A stretch of DNA of 64,000 bases, taken from contig CAWBNQ010000003.1 in the NCBI GenBank assembly GCA_963790205.1, positions 608,785 through 672,784 on the forward strand, written 5' to 3'. Below are positions 1 to 10,476 of the stretch, piece after piece; the stretch's first letter is position 1; the number at the start of each line of letters is the position of its first letter. Origin of the DNA: Nitrospirota bacterium (lineage in GTDB: Bacteria; Nitrospirota; UBA9217). The position numbers and the translations under genes are program-made. Under the pieces are notes generated by a model. The model had not been told where the DNA came from and ran no database searches. It worked only from the letters and a program-made list of their open reading frames with translations.

Positions 1-348
1 CTCATGCTGTTGCTCGGCCTGCTCCAGCTTGTCAGCGCCAGACCGGCATCGTCCCTGCTCACGGCAAAGGAGGACCACCGTGCCACCATCGATTTTTTCT
101 GTCACGTCAGCGCGGTGAACATACTCGGGACGTTTGACCCGGCCATGGATCCGAGATTCTGCGGGCAGGATCGAACGGATCCGGGCCCTCCGGATGCAAT
201 GAATGAGAACACGTATGCAAGCGTTTTCCATCGGCTCAAGCCGGGAATCGTCCTCGTTCCACGGATGAACCGGACCCCGAAACCGAAAAGCGTGTATCGG
301 TTTTTTGCAAGGGCGCCCGGCACCGGGAATTGTTGTGAAGTGTGATAC

Positions 349-377
349 TTGAGTAGTTTCATTAAATGGTTTATAAT
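349..377 (+). promoter_or_regulatory. Sigma70-like promoter: TTGAGT, 17-nt spacer, TATAAT, upstream of the MFS gene. An AGGAG RBS at about 394-398 precedes the ATG at 411.
   Basis: Read directly: -35/-10 hexamers with 17-nt spacing in an AT-rich leader. Confidence 0.4.
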
Positions 378-410
378 ATTAGTATATTTAAGAGAGGAGA
401 TGTTGCTATT

Positions 411-1925
411 ATGAAGAAGTTTTTGCAGTTTCCCCATCCGTTTTTTTCCGCACGCCCAACGTGGAAGTGGTTTATTTTGATCAACGTTCTTATCGGCGCG
501 ACCATGTCGGCCTTGGACGTCAGCATTGTCAACGTTGCCATGCCGACCCTGAAGAGTGAGTTCGGGGTTTCCATGTCCCTTATCGAGTGGGTGGCAATGT
601 CGTACATGCTCACGTTGACCATTTTTCTTCCCTTTTTCGGAAGACTCGCCGACATGTTCGGCAGGTCCAGGCTCTACAATGCCGGTTTTGTCGTGTTCAC
701 CGTAGGGTCGCTGTTCTGCGGCATGTCGACGTCCGCTGTGATGCTCATTGCCGCACGCGTCATCCAGGCAGTCGGCGCAGGGCTCCTGCAGGCGAACTCC
801 GTTGCGCTGATCACGCAGGCCTTCCCGGGGAACGAGCGGGGCAAGGCCATCGGCATACAGGGCGCTGTCCAGGCGATTGCCATGGCCGTTGGTCCTTTCG
901 TAGGAGGCGTGTTGATCGCCACGATCGGCTGGCGTTCCGTGTTTTATATCAATATTCCGATCGGCATTGTCGGCACGATCGCTGCCTTGTATATTCTGCC
1001 GCCCAATGAAAAATCGGGGAAAAAGGAGTCAATCGACTACCTCGGCACGGTGTTTTTCGCTTCGGGTCTTGCATTTCTCGTCCTGGCGTTCAATGAAGTA
1101 GTCAATCTTGGATGGGGTTCGATGACCATCATGGTTTACTTCTTTAATGCCTGTATCCTGCTCGGCTTGTTCGTGCTTACGGAACTCCGTGTCAAGCATC
1201 CGTTGATCGATTTGAAACTGTTCAAGAACAGCACGTTCCTGATCGGCAACCTGACCGGCATGATGTCCTATTATGTACTTTTTGCCGTCCTGTTCCTGAT
1301 GCCGTTTTACCTTGAGAAGGTGCTCAACTACAGCCCTGCGCTTACGGGCAGCCTGCTCACCCCTATTCCTCTCGCCATGGCGATCGTTGCGCCCTTCTCT
1401 GGCCATATTTCTGACAAGTACGGTGCGAGGATCATGACGGCGAGCGGGATGTTCGTGGCCGCGCTCGCCTGTTTTTCCCTCATGTTCCTGGGAGCTCAGG
1501 CACACCTGCCGCTGCTGATCGGTGAACTAATACTGCTGGGCATCGGCATGGGCATGTTCACTCCGCCGAACAACAGCGCAATCATGGGATCCGCTCCCAG
1601 AGAAAAACTCGGGCTGGCCGGCGGCGTTTTGAATATGATGAGGTCCCTTGGCCTGATCTTCGGTGTGGACATCTCCGGCTTGATCTTCACCAAACTGGAA
1701 CACAGATATCTTGCTGATAAGGGGTATGGGGATGTTCGGCACGTCTTCAGCAACAACGCCATCCCGCTTGACATGAAAGACCACGCTTTTATGAGGGGCT
1801 TTATCGTTGTGATGGGCGTGCTTTTGGTCCTGAATGTGGTTGCCGCAGTGCTTTCAACCGCCAAGAAGGAAGCCAAGGTGGACGCCGAAGCAGCGGAGGC
1901 AGCCAAAGAATTCGCGGAAGTCTAG
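411..1925 (+). CDS. MFS transporter, DHA2 (EmrB/QacA-like) drug:H+ antiporter family.
   Basis: About 14 hydrophobic segments. MFS signature region (GRLADMFGRSRL) after TM2. RBS-supported internal ATG in ORF 366..1925. Confidence 0.8.
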   Translation: MKKFLQFPHPFFSARPTWKWFILINVLIGATMSALDVSIVNVAMPTLKSEFGVSMSLIEWVAMSYMLTLTIFLPFFGRLADMFGRSRLYNAGFVVFTVGSLFCGMSTSAVMLIAARVIQAVGAGLLQANSVALITQAFPGNERGKAIGIQGAVQAIAMAVGPFVGGVLIATIGWRSVFYINIPIGIVGTIAALYILPPNEKSGKKESIDYLGTVFFASGLAFLVLAFNEVVNLGWGSMTIMVYFFNACILLGLFVLTELRVKHPLIDLKLFKNSTFLIGNLTGMMSYYVLFAVLFLMPFYLEKVLNYSPALTGSLLTPIPLAMAIVAPFSGHISDKYGARIMTASGMFVAALACFSLMFLGAQAHLPLLIGELILLGIGMGMFTPPNNSAIMGSAPREKLGLAGGVLNMMRSLGLIFGVDISGLIFTKLEHRYLADKGYGDVRHVFSNNAIPLDMKDHAFMRGFIVVMGVLLVLNVVAAVLSTAKKEAKVDAEAAEAAKEFAEV

Positions 1926-1954
1926 TCGTTCAGTATATATGTGGCATGTGGACC

Positions 1955-1992
1955 TGCCCCCGGAGCTTAGAAAAATCCGGGGGCGGGTTTTT
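1955..1992 (+). terminator. Rho-independent terminator: GC stem CCCCCGGA/TCCGGGGG followed by a T-run.
   Basis: Hairpin plus TTTTT immediately downstream of the MFS stop. Confidence 0.5.
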
Positions 1993-2063
1993 CATGCGCT
2001 CTACGCTGAACTGCGCGTTCTAGAAACGACTTCTTTTTCCACGGAGCTTTTTATCGTACTATC

Positions 2064-2597
2064 ATGAAATGCTCAACGGTACAGATTTCTGCGTCTTGTA
2101 TCAGTCAACTCGATGACAGCCGGATTGCGGTTACCGTCCCTAAAGAGGATATTCGGCGGATCAAGTTGGCCTATGATCCGGAATCACGCCACCCCTTTCT
2201 GCGGTTTCTCGCCGGCTTCGGTCTGGTCGTCGCCGGTCTCATTATGATCATTGCGGATTACATCATAGTGGAAGTTGGCATATTCCGCATTCATATAGCA
2301 TCCCATACGTTCAGCATTCCTGTCGCCACGATAAGCCTGTGGCTCGGGGTCGGCGCAGGTTTGTGGATCTTGATCGGGGTCTTTCGGGGCAGATACAATC
2401 TGTTGATCAACACCGGACAGGGATTCCGCAAAATATTCTTTGCGGCGTCGACTGATATCAGGGAAATCCAACGCTTCGTCGGGAGAGCGAACCGGGAATT
2501 GGGATATGACATTGATATGTCCATTATGGACACCATGTATATAGCACCTGCCCCCGCTGACGATCGAACAGACAGTAAATCCCCTGACGTAATCTGA
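2064..2597 (+). CDS. Hypothetical membrane protein.
   Basis: ORF with two hydrophobic segments. No recognisable family. Confidence 0.35.
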   Translation: MKCSTVQISASCISQLDDSRIAVTVPKEDIRRIKLAYDPESRHPFLRFLAGFGLVVAGLIMIIADYIIVEVGIFRIHIASHTFSIPVATISLWLGVGAGLWILIGVFRGRYNLLINTGQGFRKIFFAASTDIREIQRFVGRANRELGYDIDMSIMDTMYIAPAPADDRTDSKSPDVI

Positions 2598-2789
2598 TCC
2601 GTCCAGCCCTTCAAGGTCGCGCTCAACTCCTTCAAAAAAAATCCTCCTGACCGGGCATCTTCATTGTTTTCTCCATTGACGGATTCAACGAAACGCGGGA
2701 CTCTTGCGGTCAGAGTTCCGAAAGCGGAGTGACGACCCGCATGTTACCGCTGGCAATGAGGTGACGTAATAGAGTATAATAAGCACTAG

Positions 2790-4187
2790 ATGAAGATAGA
2801 ACGCAAACTCATACTCTCGAACATCATCAACGGCGCCTTCATCATCCTGATCGGCTTTTTCGCCTTTCAGAACCTGAACCTCGTGCTGACCAAGCTCAGG
2901 TTCGTGGAGATCGCAGACGACCTGAACGCCTCCTTTCTCGAGATGAGGCTTTCGGAAAAGAACTATTTTCTCTACAAGGACAAACAGGCCCTCGTTCAGA
3001 TCCAAAGCAATCTCGAGAAGACCATGGAAACCATCGAGGGCGTGCGCGGCGACATCACACGGGCCATCGGAGAAACGGACCTCAAGGACCTCGTTGCGCA
3101 CCTTCAGGCTTATGCAGCGGTCGTGGAAGAGGCCCGGACCGGCAGCCCCGCTGACGCGAAACTGGAGGCGCAGCTCAGGGCCGAAGGGAAGGGACTGAAG
3201 GAATTTTCCGATTCCATCACGCACCTGGAGCGGAAACGCGTCAACGATATCATCCTGAGCTCGAAATGGATCCTGATCTTTTCCTTCTGGGTCATTCTGG
3301 CTTCCGCGCTCTTTATCGGGCACTTTATCTCTCAGAAGATACTCAGGTCTCTGCGGGAGATCGAGAAGCTGACCAAGTCCATCGCGGAGGGAAATTTCCA
3401 CCGGATAGAGGGCTTTCGGTCGAACGATGAGCTCGGCGCCGTCATCACGGCGATCAACTCCATGTCCGAGGAACTGGGTCTTCGCGAGGAGGAGCTCATC
3501 CAGTCCAAAAAGCTCGCCTCCCTCGGCATTCTTACCGCGGGCGTGGCACATGAGCTCACCAATCCCCTCAATAATATTTCCATGATCGCCCAGACCTATG
3601 CGGAACTGTACCGGAACCTCGGCGAGCAGGACCGGATAGAGTTCATGCAGAAGGTCGAGGGGGAGACGGAGCGGATCCGGCAGATCGTCAAGAACCTGCT
3701 GGACTTTTCCAAGCCGAAAGACGCACAGCCGGTGGAGGCGGATATCAACGCCGTTATCCAGAAGACGCTCACCCTCGTCCAGAACATGATCGACGTATCG
3801 AACATCGAGACCACGGTGCATCTGGGCGACGGGCTGCCGCACGTTTTCATCGATGAGCACCAGATGCAGCAGGTGCTGGTGAACCTCGTAACGAACGCCG
3901 TCCAGGCCACGGCAGCCGGAGGCAGGATCGTCATCTCGTCGAGGCCGGGGAAGAACAACGGATCCGTCGAGATCAGCGTGGCGGACACGGGTAAGGGCAT
4001 CCCGCCCGAGTTTTTGCCCCATATCTTCGATCCCTTTTTCAGCACCAAGGGCGACGGGGGAACGGGCCTCGGACTTTCCGTAAGCTACGGCATCATTAAG
4101 AACCATCACGGCGAGATCAGGGTTGAGAGCAAGGTGGGGGTGGGGACGACCTTCACCATCCAACTGCCGCGCCATGTTATTAAGTAA
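2790..4187 (+). CDS. Sensor histidine kinase (TM, HAMP, HisKA, HATPase_c).
   Basis: H-box AHELTNPLN and G-boxes GTGLGLSVSYGIIKNHHGEIRVES. N-terminal TM segments and a HAMP-like linker. Confidence 0.85.
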   Translation: MKIERKLILSNIINGAFIILIGFFAFQNLNLVLTKLRFVEIADDLNASFLEMRLSEKNYFLYKDKQALVQIQSNLEKTMETIEGVRGDITRAIGETDLKDLVAHLQAYAAVVEEARTGSPADAKLEAQLRAEGKGLKEFSDSITHLERKRVNDIILSSKWILIFSFWVILASALFIGHFISQKILRSLREIEKLTKSIAEGNFHRIEGFRSNDELGAVITAINSMSEELGLREEELIQSKKLASLGILTAGVAHELTNPLNNISMIAQTYAELYRNLGEQDRIEFMQKVEGETERIRQIVKNLLDFSKPKDAQPVEADINAVIQKTLTLVQNMIDVSNIETTVHLGDGLPHVFIDEHQMQQVLVNLVTNAVQATAAGGRIVISSRPGKNNGSVEISVADTGKGIPPEFLPHIFDPFFSTKGDGGTGLGLSVSYGIIKNHHGEIRVESKVGVGTTFTIQLPRHVIK

Positions 4188-4395
4188 GCGCCGGAGCTCA
4201 AGCACCACGCCACGAATAAGCTCCAAACGCCAAGAACTAAATTCGGAACGTGTTGGACATTGGCGCTTAAAATTTGGATAGTAGGCGGTATTTGTTGTTT
4301 GTAATTTGAGATACGCACGTTCTCGTGGCGCCGCGATGATTGCGGGATCCGAAAAAACAGAAATAAATCAACAACACACTGCAAGGAGAAAAAAT

Positions 4396-4767
4396 ATGGC
4401 AACGAGCAGGATCATGGTAATAGACGACGAAAAGATCGTGGGCGACATGGCGAAGCTGTCGCTCGAGCAGGACGGCTACGCAGTCGAGACCTTTCTGAAC
4501 GCCGAGCCTGCGCTCAAGCGGCTGCAGGAGGAACAGTTCGACGTCGTGGTGACCGACTACAAGATGAAGGGCATCGATGGGATGGAGGTGTTGAAGACCG
4601 TCAAAGAGCATTATCCGAAGACCCAGGTCATCATGATCACAGCCTTCGCCAACCTCGACGCCGCCATCGAGGCGCTCCGGCGGGACGTGCACGACTTTTT
4701 CCCCAAGCCGGTCAAGATTAAGGAACTGAAGGCGTCCATCAAGCGGGCGCTGGAAAAACAGGCGTGA
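4396..4767 (+). CDS. Stand-alone response-regulator receiver (CheY-like REC domain).
   Basis: IMVIDDE...D...K receiver motifs. RBS AAGGAGA before the ATG at 4396. No output domain. Confidence 0.8.
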   Translation: MATSRIMVIDDEKIVGDMAKLSLEQDGYAVETFLNAEPALKRLQEEQFDVVVTDYKMKGIDGMEVLKTVKEHYPKTQVIMITAFANLDAAIEALRRDVHDFFPKPVKIKELKASIKRALEKQA

Positions 4768-4927
4768 TGAGGGAATGATAAATCCCAAACAGCAAATCAT
4801 AGATTACAAATCTTTTCTAATTTTCAGGAGCATAATGGCCAAAGCCTTTTAAATTTGGATCTTGGCGCTTATTTGATATTTGGCGCATGCGATTCGGGCA
4901 TTTTCGATTGTCCACAGGAATGCATAG

Positions 4928-7501
4928 ATGAAGCGATTAGCCGCAAAAATTCGTTCACTGCTCCGGGTCATCGCGCTCCGGCGCCGCAACCGGGGGTCCT
5001 TCGAGCGGCTGTTCAACGGCTTCCGCGATGTGCTGGACCGGAACAACCGGTCACTTGAGATCATCACGGACATGGGCGATACGCTGGGCGGGGACTACCT
5101 GTTCGACATCCAGTACGTCAGGCGCTCCTATGCCGAGCTGTACGCGGCCATGGACGGATCACTCACCAGTTTCAACAATCTCACGCAGAACAGATACCCG
5201 AAACTCCATGACGTATTCTCGGCCATAGACGGCCAGATCAGACGCATGATCGACGAGTCCACGCCGGTGTCCGACGCGCTCATCATGTTCTACGAGGAGG
5301 TCACCGCAGACATGGCAGTGGCCGTCGGGGGCAAGAACGGCAATCTCGCCGAGATAAGGAATACCGTAAAGCTCAACGTCCCGGACGGCTACGCCGTAAC
5401 AACCCGGGCCTTCGACGTTTTCCTCCGTCACAACCATATTCTGGAAAAGATACAGCTGCCTGATGACAACGCTCCTGTTTCCGATGCGATGATCCACGAA
5501 ATGCGAGAACTGGTCCTGCACGGGACCATGCCTCCCGAACTCAGCCGGGCCATGGAGAAGGCCGTCAAGAGGATCAAATCCCGATGCGGCGCGGACTGCA
5601 CCCTGGCCGTACGGAGCAGCGCCGGCGAGGAAGACGGGGACTTTTCTTTTGCCGGACAGTTTGAAACAATCCTGAACGTTCCCGCTGATCCGGCGGCAAT
5701 CGGGAAGGCGTACCGGAAGGTGGTCGCGAGCCTCTTTTCCGAAAAAGCGCGGGCCTATCAATCGCGGCTGGGCCTTGATGTCCGGGGCATGAAAATGGCC
5801 GTGGCCTGCGTGGTGATGGTGGACGCAGCGGCGAGCGGGGTACTGTACTCGGTTGATCCCCAGGGAAACCGCGAGACCATGGTCATCAACGCCGCCTGGG
5901 GACTGGGAACGGCGATTGCCGAGGGGCAGACGGACGCCGATTTTTACCGGATAAAGAAAACCGGCCCCCTTGAAATCGTCGAAACGCGGACAGGCGCAAA
6001 GGACACCATGGTCGTATCACGCTCGAGCGGCGGGGTGGCGTCCGTTGCGACCCCCGAGCAAAAGAAAAAAGAGCCGAGCCTTACGCGGGCTCAGGCCCAG
6101 GAGCTAGCCCGGATGGCGCTCCTGCTTGAGAAGCATTTCAAGAGGCCGCAGGACATCGAGTGGGCGATAGACCAGAAAGGGAAAATCTTCATCCTCCAGT
6201 CTCGGCCGCTCAGGATGCACGAGGACAACGCGGGTGATACAACCGCGGCCCCCGCGATGCCTGATGCGAAGGTCATTGCCAGGAACAGGGGCGTCGTCGT
6301 GCAGAAAGGCGCGGCAGCGGGCCGGGCCTTTATTCTGAAAAACGATCGCGATCTTGATTCAATCCCGCGCGGGGCCATCCTCGTTGCGCACCGTGACTCG
6401 TCCCATTTTGTCCGTGTGATGACGACGGTATCCGCGATCATCACGGACATTGGAACGCCCACGAGCCATATGGCGGCCCTGTGCCGGGAATTCAGGATCC
6501 CCACTGCCGTGAACGCCGGCAACGCGACGCAAATGCTCAGCCAGGGGCAGGAGGTCACCGTCCAGGTCGAGAGCGACGGCGCAACATTCTACGACGGGCT
6601 GATCAGGCAGATCGTGGATCAGGCGGAGAATGACTCTGCGAAGATGGAGGACCTCTTCGAGTTCCGCAGGAAACGGTATCTTCTTCGCTACATTGCGCCG
6701 TTGAACCTCGTCGATCCCTTGAAGAACGAGTTTACGCCGCAAGCCTGCAGGACCATGCACGATATCCTGCGTTTCATCCATGAGAAGTCCGTTGCCGAGT
6801 TGATCGAAAACGCCGAGAAGGTCAGGACCGGCGCTGTTAAACTGGACCTGCCGATCCCCGCAGGGATCATGCTCATCGATATCGGCGGGGGACTGGACAA
6901 CCCGGAAGGGCGGGGCCATGTTGCGCCGGAACAGGTAACCTCATTACCGCTCCGGGCGATCATTACCGGAATGACCAGGCCCGGGGTCTGGCGCTCCGAC
7001 GCGGTGCCGCTCAGGGTCAATGACTTTATGGCGAGCATGTTGCGTGTGCCGGACATCACCACCGACGCGGGCGGCCGCGTGGAGCAGAACATGGCGGTTA
7101 TCTCGCGGGAATACGCGAACATCAACCTCAAGTTCGGCTACCATTTCATCATCCTGGACTGCTTTTGCAGCGAGAACACGAGGAACAACCACATCTATTT
7201 CCGCTTCGCCGGCGGCGCCACGGACATGACCAAGCGGTCCCGGCGGCTGCAGCTCATCGCCGCGATCCTCGAAGAGTACGGGTTCAACATCAAGACCAAA
7301 GGGGACTTGATCGTGGCCCGGCTGGCGAACATCCGGCAGCAGGAAGCAGAGGACCTCCTCGACCATATCGGCAGGCTCTTTTCCTACACCCGGCAGCTCG
7401 ATGCCGTGCTCAACGATGACCTCTCGGTCGAACGCTACGCGCGTTGCTTCCTTGAAGGGAATTACGAACTGGCAGCGTCCGGGGAGAGTTCTAAAAAATA
7501 G
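4928..7501 (+). CDS. PEP-utilizing enzyme family protein (PpsA-like pyruvate,water dikinase homolog).
   Basis: N-terminal PPDK_N-type nucleotide-binding domain and a central PEP-utilizing mobile His domain (GVVVQKGAAAGRAFIL...TSHMAALCREFRIPTAV). The C-terminal about 350 aa is atypical. Confidence 0.65.
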   Translation: MKRLAAKIRSLLRVIALRRRNRGSFERLFNGFRDVLDRNNRSLEIITDMGDTLGGDYLFDIQYVRRSYAELYAAMDGSLTSFNNLTQNRYPKLHDVFSAIDGQIRRMIDESTPVSDALIMFYEEVTADMAVAVGGKNGNLAEIRNTVKLNVPDGYAVTTRAFDVFLRHNHILEKIQLPDDNAPVSDAMIHEMRELVLHGTMPPELSRAMEKAVKRIKSRCGADCTLAVRSSAGEEDGDFSFAGQFETILNVPADPAAIGKAYRKVVASLFSEKARAYQSRLGLDVRGMKMAVACVVMVDAAASGVLYSVDPQGNRETMVINAAWGLGTAIAEGQTDADFYRIKKTGPLEIVETRTGAKDTMVVSRSSGGVASVATPEQKKKEPSLTRAQAQELARMALLLEKHFKRPQDIEWAIDQKGKIFILQSRPLRMHEDNAGDTTAAPAMPDAKVIARNRGVVVQKGAAAGRAFILKNDRDLDSIPRGAILVAHRDSSHFVRVMTTVSAIITDIGTPTSHMAALCREFRIPTAVNAGNATQMLSQGQEVTVQVESDGATFYDGLIRQIVDQAENDSAKMEDLFEFRRKRYLLRYIAPLNLVDPLKNEFTPQACRTMHDILRFIHEKSVAELIENAEKVRTGAVKLDLPIPAGIMLIDIGGGLDNPEGRGHVAPEQVTSLPLRAIITGMTRPGVWRSDAVPLRVNDFMASMLRVPDITTDAGGRVEQNMAVISREYANINLKFGYHFIILDCFCSENTRNNHIYFRFAGGATDMTKRSRRLQLIAAILEEYGFNIKTKGDLIVARLANIRQQEAEDLLDHIGRLFSYTRQLDAVLNDDLSVERYARCFLEGNYELAASGESSKK

Positions 7502-7570
7502 TATTTCCCGAGTTACTCCATACATCAGGGTGCGCAGGATTCCCGGGGCAAGGGGCGCGCTATCGGAGAG

Positions 7571-7891
7571 GTGACGGAAATGGCCGCAGGAAACAACGAC
7601 AAAAAAAACATATCGAAACATATCCTGCCGGCGTCTTCAAATCTTCTCGGGTTATGCTTTTTGATCCTGACGCTCAAGAAGCTCTGGAGGGGCAACAGCG
7701 TGGTTCAGTTCATGGACAAGCTGGATGCAGTAGCGATCCTCATTTTTCTTGCCGCCAGTTTCCTGTCGTACGCATCCATGCGCGTGACACGGCGGGGAGA
7801 TCTGTACGAAAAGGTTGCAGATGCCGTCTTCCTTGCCGGTTTGCTCTTGCTGTCGCTCATAGCGGTCGTGACGGCTTTTGAACTTGCATAG
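7571..7891 (+). CDS. Hypothetical small membrane protein.
   Basis: Three predicted TM helices. No family match recognised. Confidence 0.3.
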   Translation: MTEMAAGNNDKKNISKHILPASSNLLGLCFLILTLKKLWRGNSVVQFMDKLDAVAILIFLAASFLSYASMRVTRRGDLYEKVADAVFLAGLLLLSLIAVVTAFELA

Positions 7892-7925
7892 CAGCCCGCA
7901 TTGTTGCCTGCATGGCAGGGCTGTC

Positions 7926-8948
7926 TCATGCTTTTACGCGGTCCGACCTCTTCCCATCATACGGCAATTCTATCGTCATCGCGGTTCCCTCCCCCCTCAT
8001 GCTGTTAACGCGGATTTTTCCCCCGTGCCCCTCGACGACCTTTTTCGCGATGGACATGCCGAGGCCCGTCCCGTCCCGCTTCTTCGTGTAAAAAGGGACG
8101 AATAAATTTTCGAGGGTTTCTTTTTCCATACCGGGACCCTGGTCCAGAATCCTGATCCTCAGACTGCTGCCGCCCGCCTCCAGGGCGATGGAAACGCGCT
8201 GCTCCTTGCCCGAGGCTTCGATGGCATTGGTGATGAGATTCATCAAAGCCCTCTCCATGTGAAAACTGTCTATGCCTTTATTCAGGGGAACAGAGGGCAG
8301 ATCGATTGACAGAACCACGCCTTTCTGCTCTGCCTTTATCCTGCACGAGTCGCACGCATGCGTTATAATGTTCCGCATATCTTCTTGTTTCAGCTCCCAC
8401 CGCGTAGGCCGGGCGAAATCAAGTACGTCATGCACGATTTTCTCCATCTGGGTAGCAGAATTAATGATCACCTGCGCCTCGGCCTCGGCCTTTCCCTTTC
8501 CTTCCTTGATGCGTTCCGCGAACCCCAATATCGCAAAAAGCGGATTTTTCAAATCATGGGCGATGACTGCGGCCACCCGGCCGATCGCGGAAAGGTATTG
8601 TTCTTTTTCCAATTGTTCCTGTTGTTTTCTTTCCCGATCGACGAGGTATCCGGCGATGATCGCGAACAGGCCCTGCAGCAGGAGCGGCAGCAATCGGTTC
8701 GTCTCATTGAGAAGCGAGCCAGGCCAGGTCATGATCACGTAAGGAAGATAGAGGACAAAGACCAGCAGATATGACAGCAGGGCGCCAAGAAGGCCGTATG
8801 CAAGCGCGCCGAGAAGCACCGGTATATAATATAATTCCCGGTAGATATTGTGCAAGGCGTGGCCCTCGCCGATAGACGCGTAGTGCACGTAGGTGATGAA
8901 CAGGGTAAGAGCGACGATAACAATTCCGCTGTATCTCCTCAGGCGCAT
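7926..8948 (-). CDS. Membrane sensor histidine kinase.
   Basis: N-terminal TM helices, H-box AHDLKNPL and HATPase G-boxes GTGLGMSIAKKVVEGHGGKIRVNS. Confidence 0.8.
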   Translation of the reverse strand: MRLRRYSGIVIVALTLFITYVHYASIGEGHALHNIYRELYYIPVLLGALAYGLLGALLSYLLVFVLYLPYVIMTWPGSLLNETNRLLPLLLQGLFAIIAGYLVDRERKQQEQLEKEQYLSAIGRVAAVIAHDLKNPLFAILGFAERIKEGKGKAEAEAQVIINSATQMEKIVHDVLDFARPTRWELKQEDMRNIITHACDSCRIKAEQKGVVLSIDLPSVPLNKGIDSFHMERALMNLITNAIEASGKEQRVSIALEAGGSSLRIRILDQGPGMEKETLENLFVPFYTKKRDGTGLGMSIAKKVVEGHGGKIRVNSMRGEGTAMTIELPYDGKRSDRVKA

Positions 8949-9047
8949 GCGTTTCTCCTCGTTCGAAAATAACGACGCTCATCCGATGGATATATTCTCT
9001 ACCCGAATAATCAGGAGTGCAGGACCGTGTCCGTGGACGAGGAGCTC

Positions 9048-9671
9048 TTAACGCATCCGGCCGGCATCGGCGCGCGCAGCGGAGGCGTCCTGGGGCCAGG
9101 GAGACTCTCCTTCTATCTTTGCAAGAGCACGCCACAATATGTTCTGAAGGTCGTCGCCCGTTTTGTTCCCCAGGAATGTCGCCGTCAGGGTCTCGCGCAG
9201 CGTAAGCATGAGCGGGTCCGTCTTGAGGAACGACAGAAATATCCGCAGGCGCGCTTCTCCGGTGCCGATCTTCGACGCCGTCTTCAGGCTCCCGTTGTTC
9301 CCGTAGTATTGCTGCAGGTAGATCAAAAACCACAGCTGGGACATATCGTAAAAAAATTCGAGCGCGGGATAGTGGCTGTACAGCCGCCTGATTTCCTCTT
9401 CCAGCGACACGCGGTTGGTCGGGACGTCGGGAAAAACGGCGACCAGCAGCCCTTCCGCAAAATCCTCGTAGAAGAAAAAGGAGCCTGAAAACTGCCGGTT
9501 CCCGCAGCGGGGGCAGGTAATGACATTGAAGGTCCATTCTTTCAGCAATACCTTCACCTGCGGTGACCGGGAAATGTCGACCCACGTGGCGATCGTGGCC
9601 TGAAAATCATTCTTGCAGCGAGCACACTGGAAGGTCTCAGTATTGTATGCTTCAGCTTGAAAAGTCAGCAT
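9048..9671 (-). CDS. CpXC domain-containing protein.
   Basis: Paired CxxC motifs (CARCKND ... CPRCGN) in the arrangement typical of the CpXC family. Internal ATG chosen. Confidence 0.45.
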   Translation of the reverse strand: MLTFQAEAYNTETFQCARCKNDFQATIATWVDISRSPQVKVLLKEWTFNVITCPRCGNRQFSGSFFFYEDFAEGLLVAVFPDVPTNRVSLEEEIRRLYSHYPALEFFYDMSQLWFLIYLQQYYGNNGSLKTASKIGTGEARLRIFLSFLKTDPLMLTLRETLTATFLGNKTGDDLQNILWRALAKIEGESPWPQDASAARADAGRMR

Positions 9672-9864
9672 CTGTTCACCCCTATAAATTTTATCGTGAA
9701 TGATCGCCGAAGACAGGGCAGAAACAGGCCGGAACCGACGCACCGGCTTTCCCGGGGCGGGCAATCACCCGTGTGTGCACATGGCACATATGGCCGGAGT
9801 GTGGAAGTCGGGCGCTGAGTGCACTGTCTGTTCGGAAAAAACGTGAAACAGAATATCGGGGTGA

Positions 9865-10140
9865 CTACGCGGGAGGGGCGCGGCTTTCTGTGGCTGAGGG
9901 AAGAGCTTTCGGCAGATTATACGAGATCCCCGGAGATACAGATGTTTCTACCTGGCGAACATCGTGGCAAATCACATAATGTGCGTTTGTTGCGGTGAAG
10001 AGCTGGTCATAGGCATTACAGAAGGGGCAGTCCTTGCGAAGCGTCTCGTTATCAATCGGACAATAAGCCGGTACAAGGGCGAGTATGAAGAGAATCGCTA
10101 CAAAAAGAAGCGCAATCCTCTTCTGCATGGTTCCAGTCAT
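9865..10140 (-). CDS. Hypothetical small secreted protein.
   Basis: Signal-peptide-like N-terminus (MQKRIALLFVAILFILALVPAYC) with several Cys. Confidence 0.3.
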   Translation of the reverse strand: MTGTMQKRIALLFVAILFILALVPAYCPIDNETLRKDCPFCNAYDQLFTATNAHYVICHDVRQVETSVSPGISYNLPKALPSATESRAPPA

Positions 10141-10476
10141 GTGTGAATTATACAGAGGGGAAACTTCAGAGTCAAGGTTCTTTTGAGCCCGGAAACGCCT
10201 GAACAAAAGGAAGCGCGGTCTCGACATCAGGCAGAGGGGGCCGATCGTCGCCGCCTGGCGAACATCCGGCAGGCGGACGCGGGACACCTCCTCGGCCGGA
10301 CCGGGAGGCCGTTTTTCAACACGCGGCAATTGGCGCCATGCTCAACCATGCCGTGCGGCCACGCGGTGCGGCGGTCGTTTCTTGACGGGGATTATGTACT
10401 TGCGGAGACCGGGGGAAGGGATAACGATAACACACGGGTGAGCCCCGCTATGCGGGACTCGTACCCGCAGGTTGAA

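Noticed and set aside
4-437. Partial ORFs at the window start on either strand.
   Set aside because: There is no recognisable family and composition is ambiguous. I could not decide strand or product.
2685-4226. 513-aa minus-strand ORF.
   Set aside because: It is fully antisense to the histidine-kinase gene. It is R/G/D/L-rich low-complexity sequence typical of high-GC shadow ORFs.
4253-4281. Possible sigma54 promoter (TGGCGC ... TTTGGA) upstream of the receiver gene.
   Set aside because: The spacing and the -12 element do not fit the TGGCAC-N5-TTGCA consensus. It is kept only as a shared motif.
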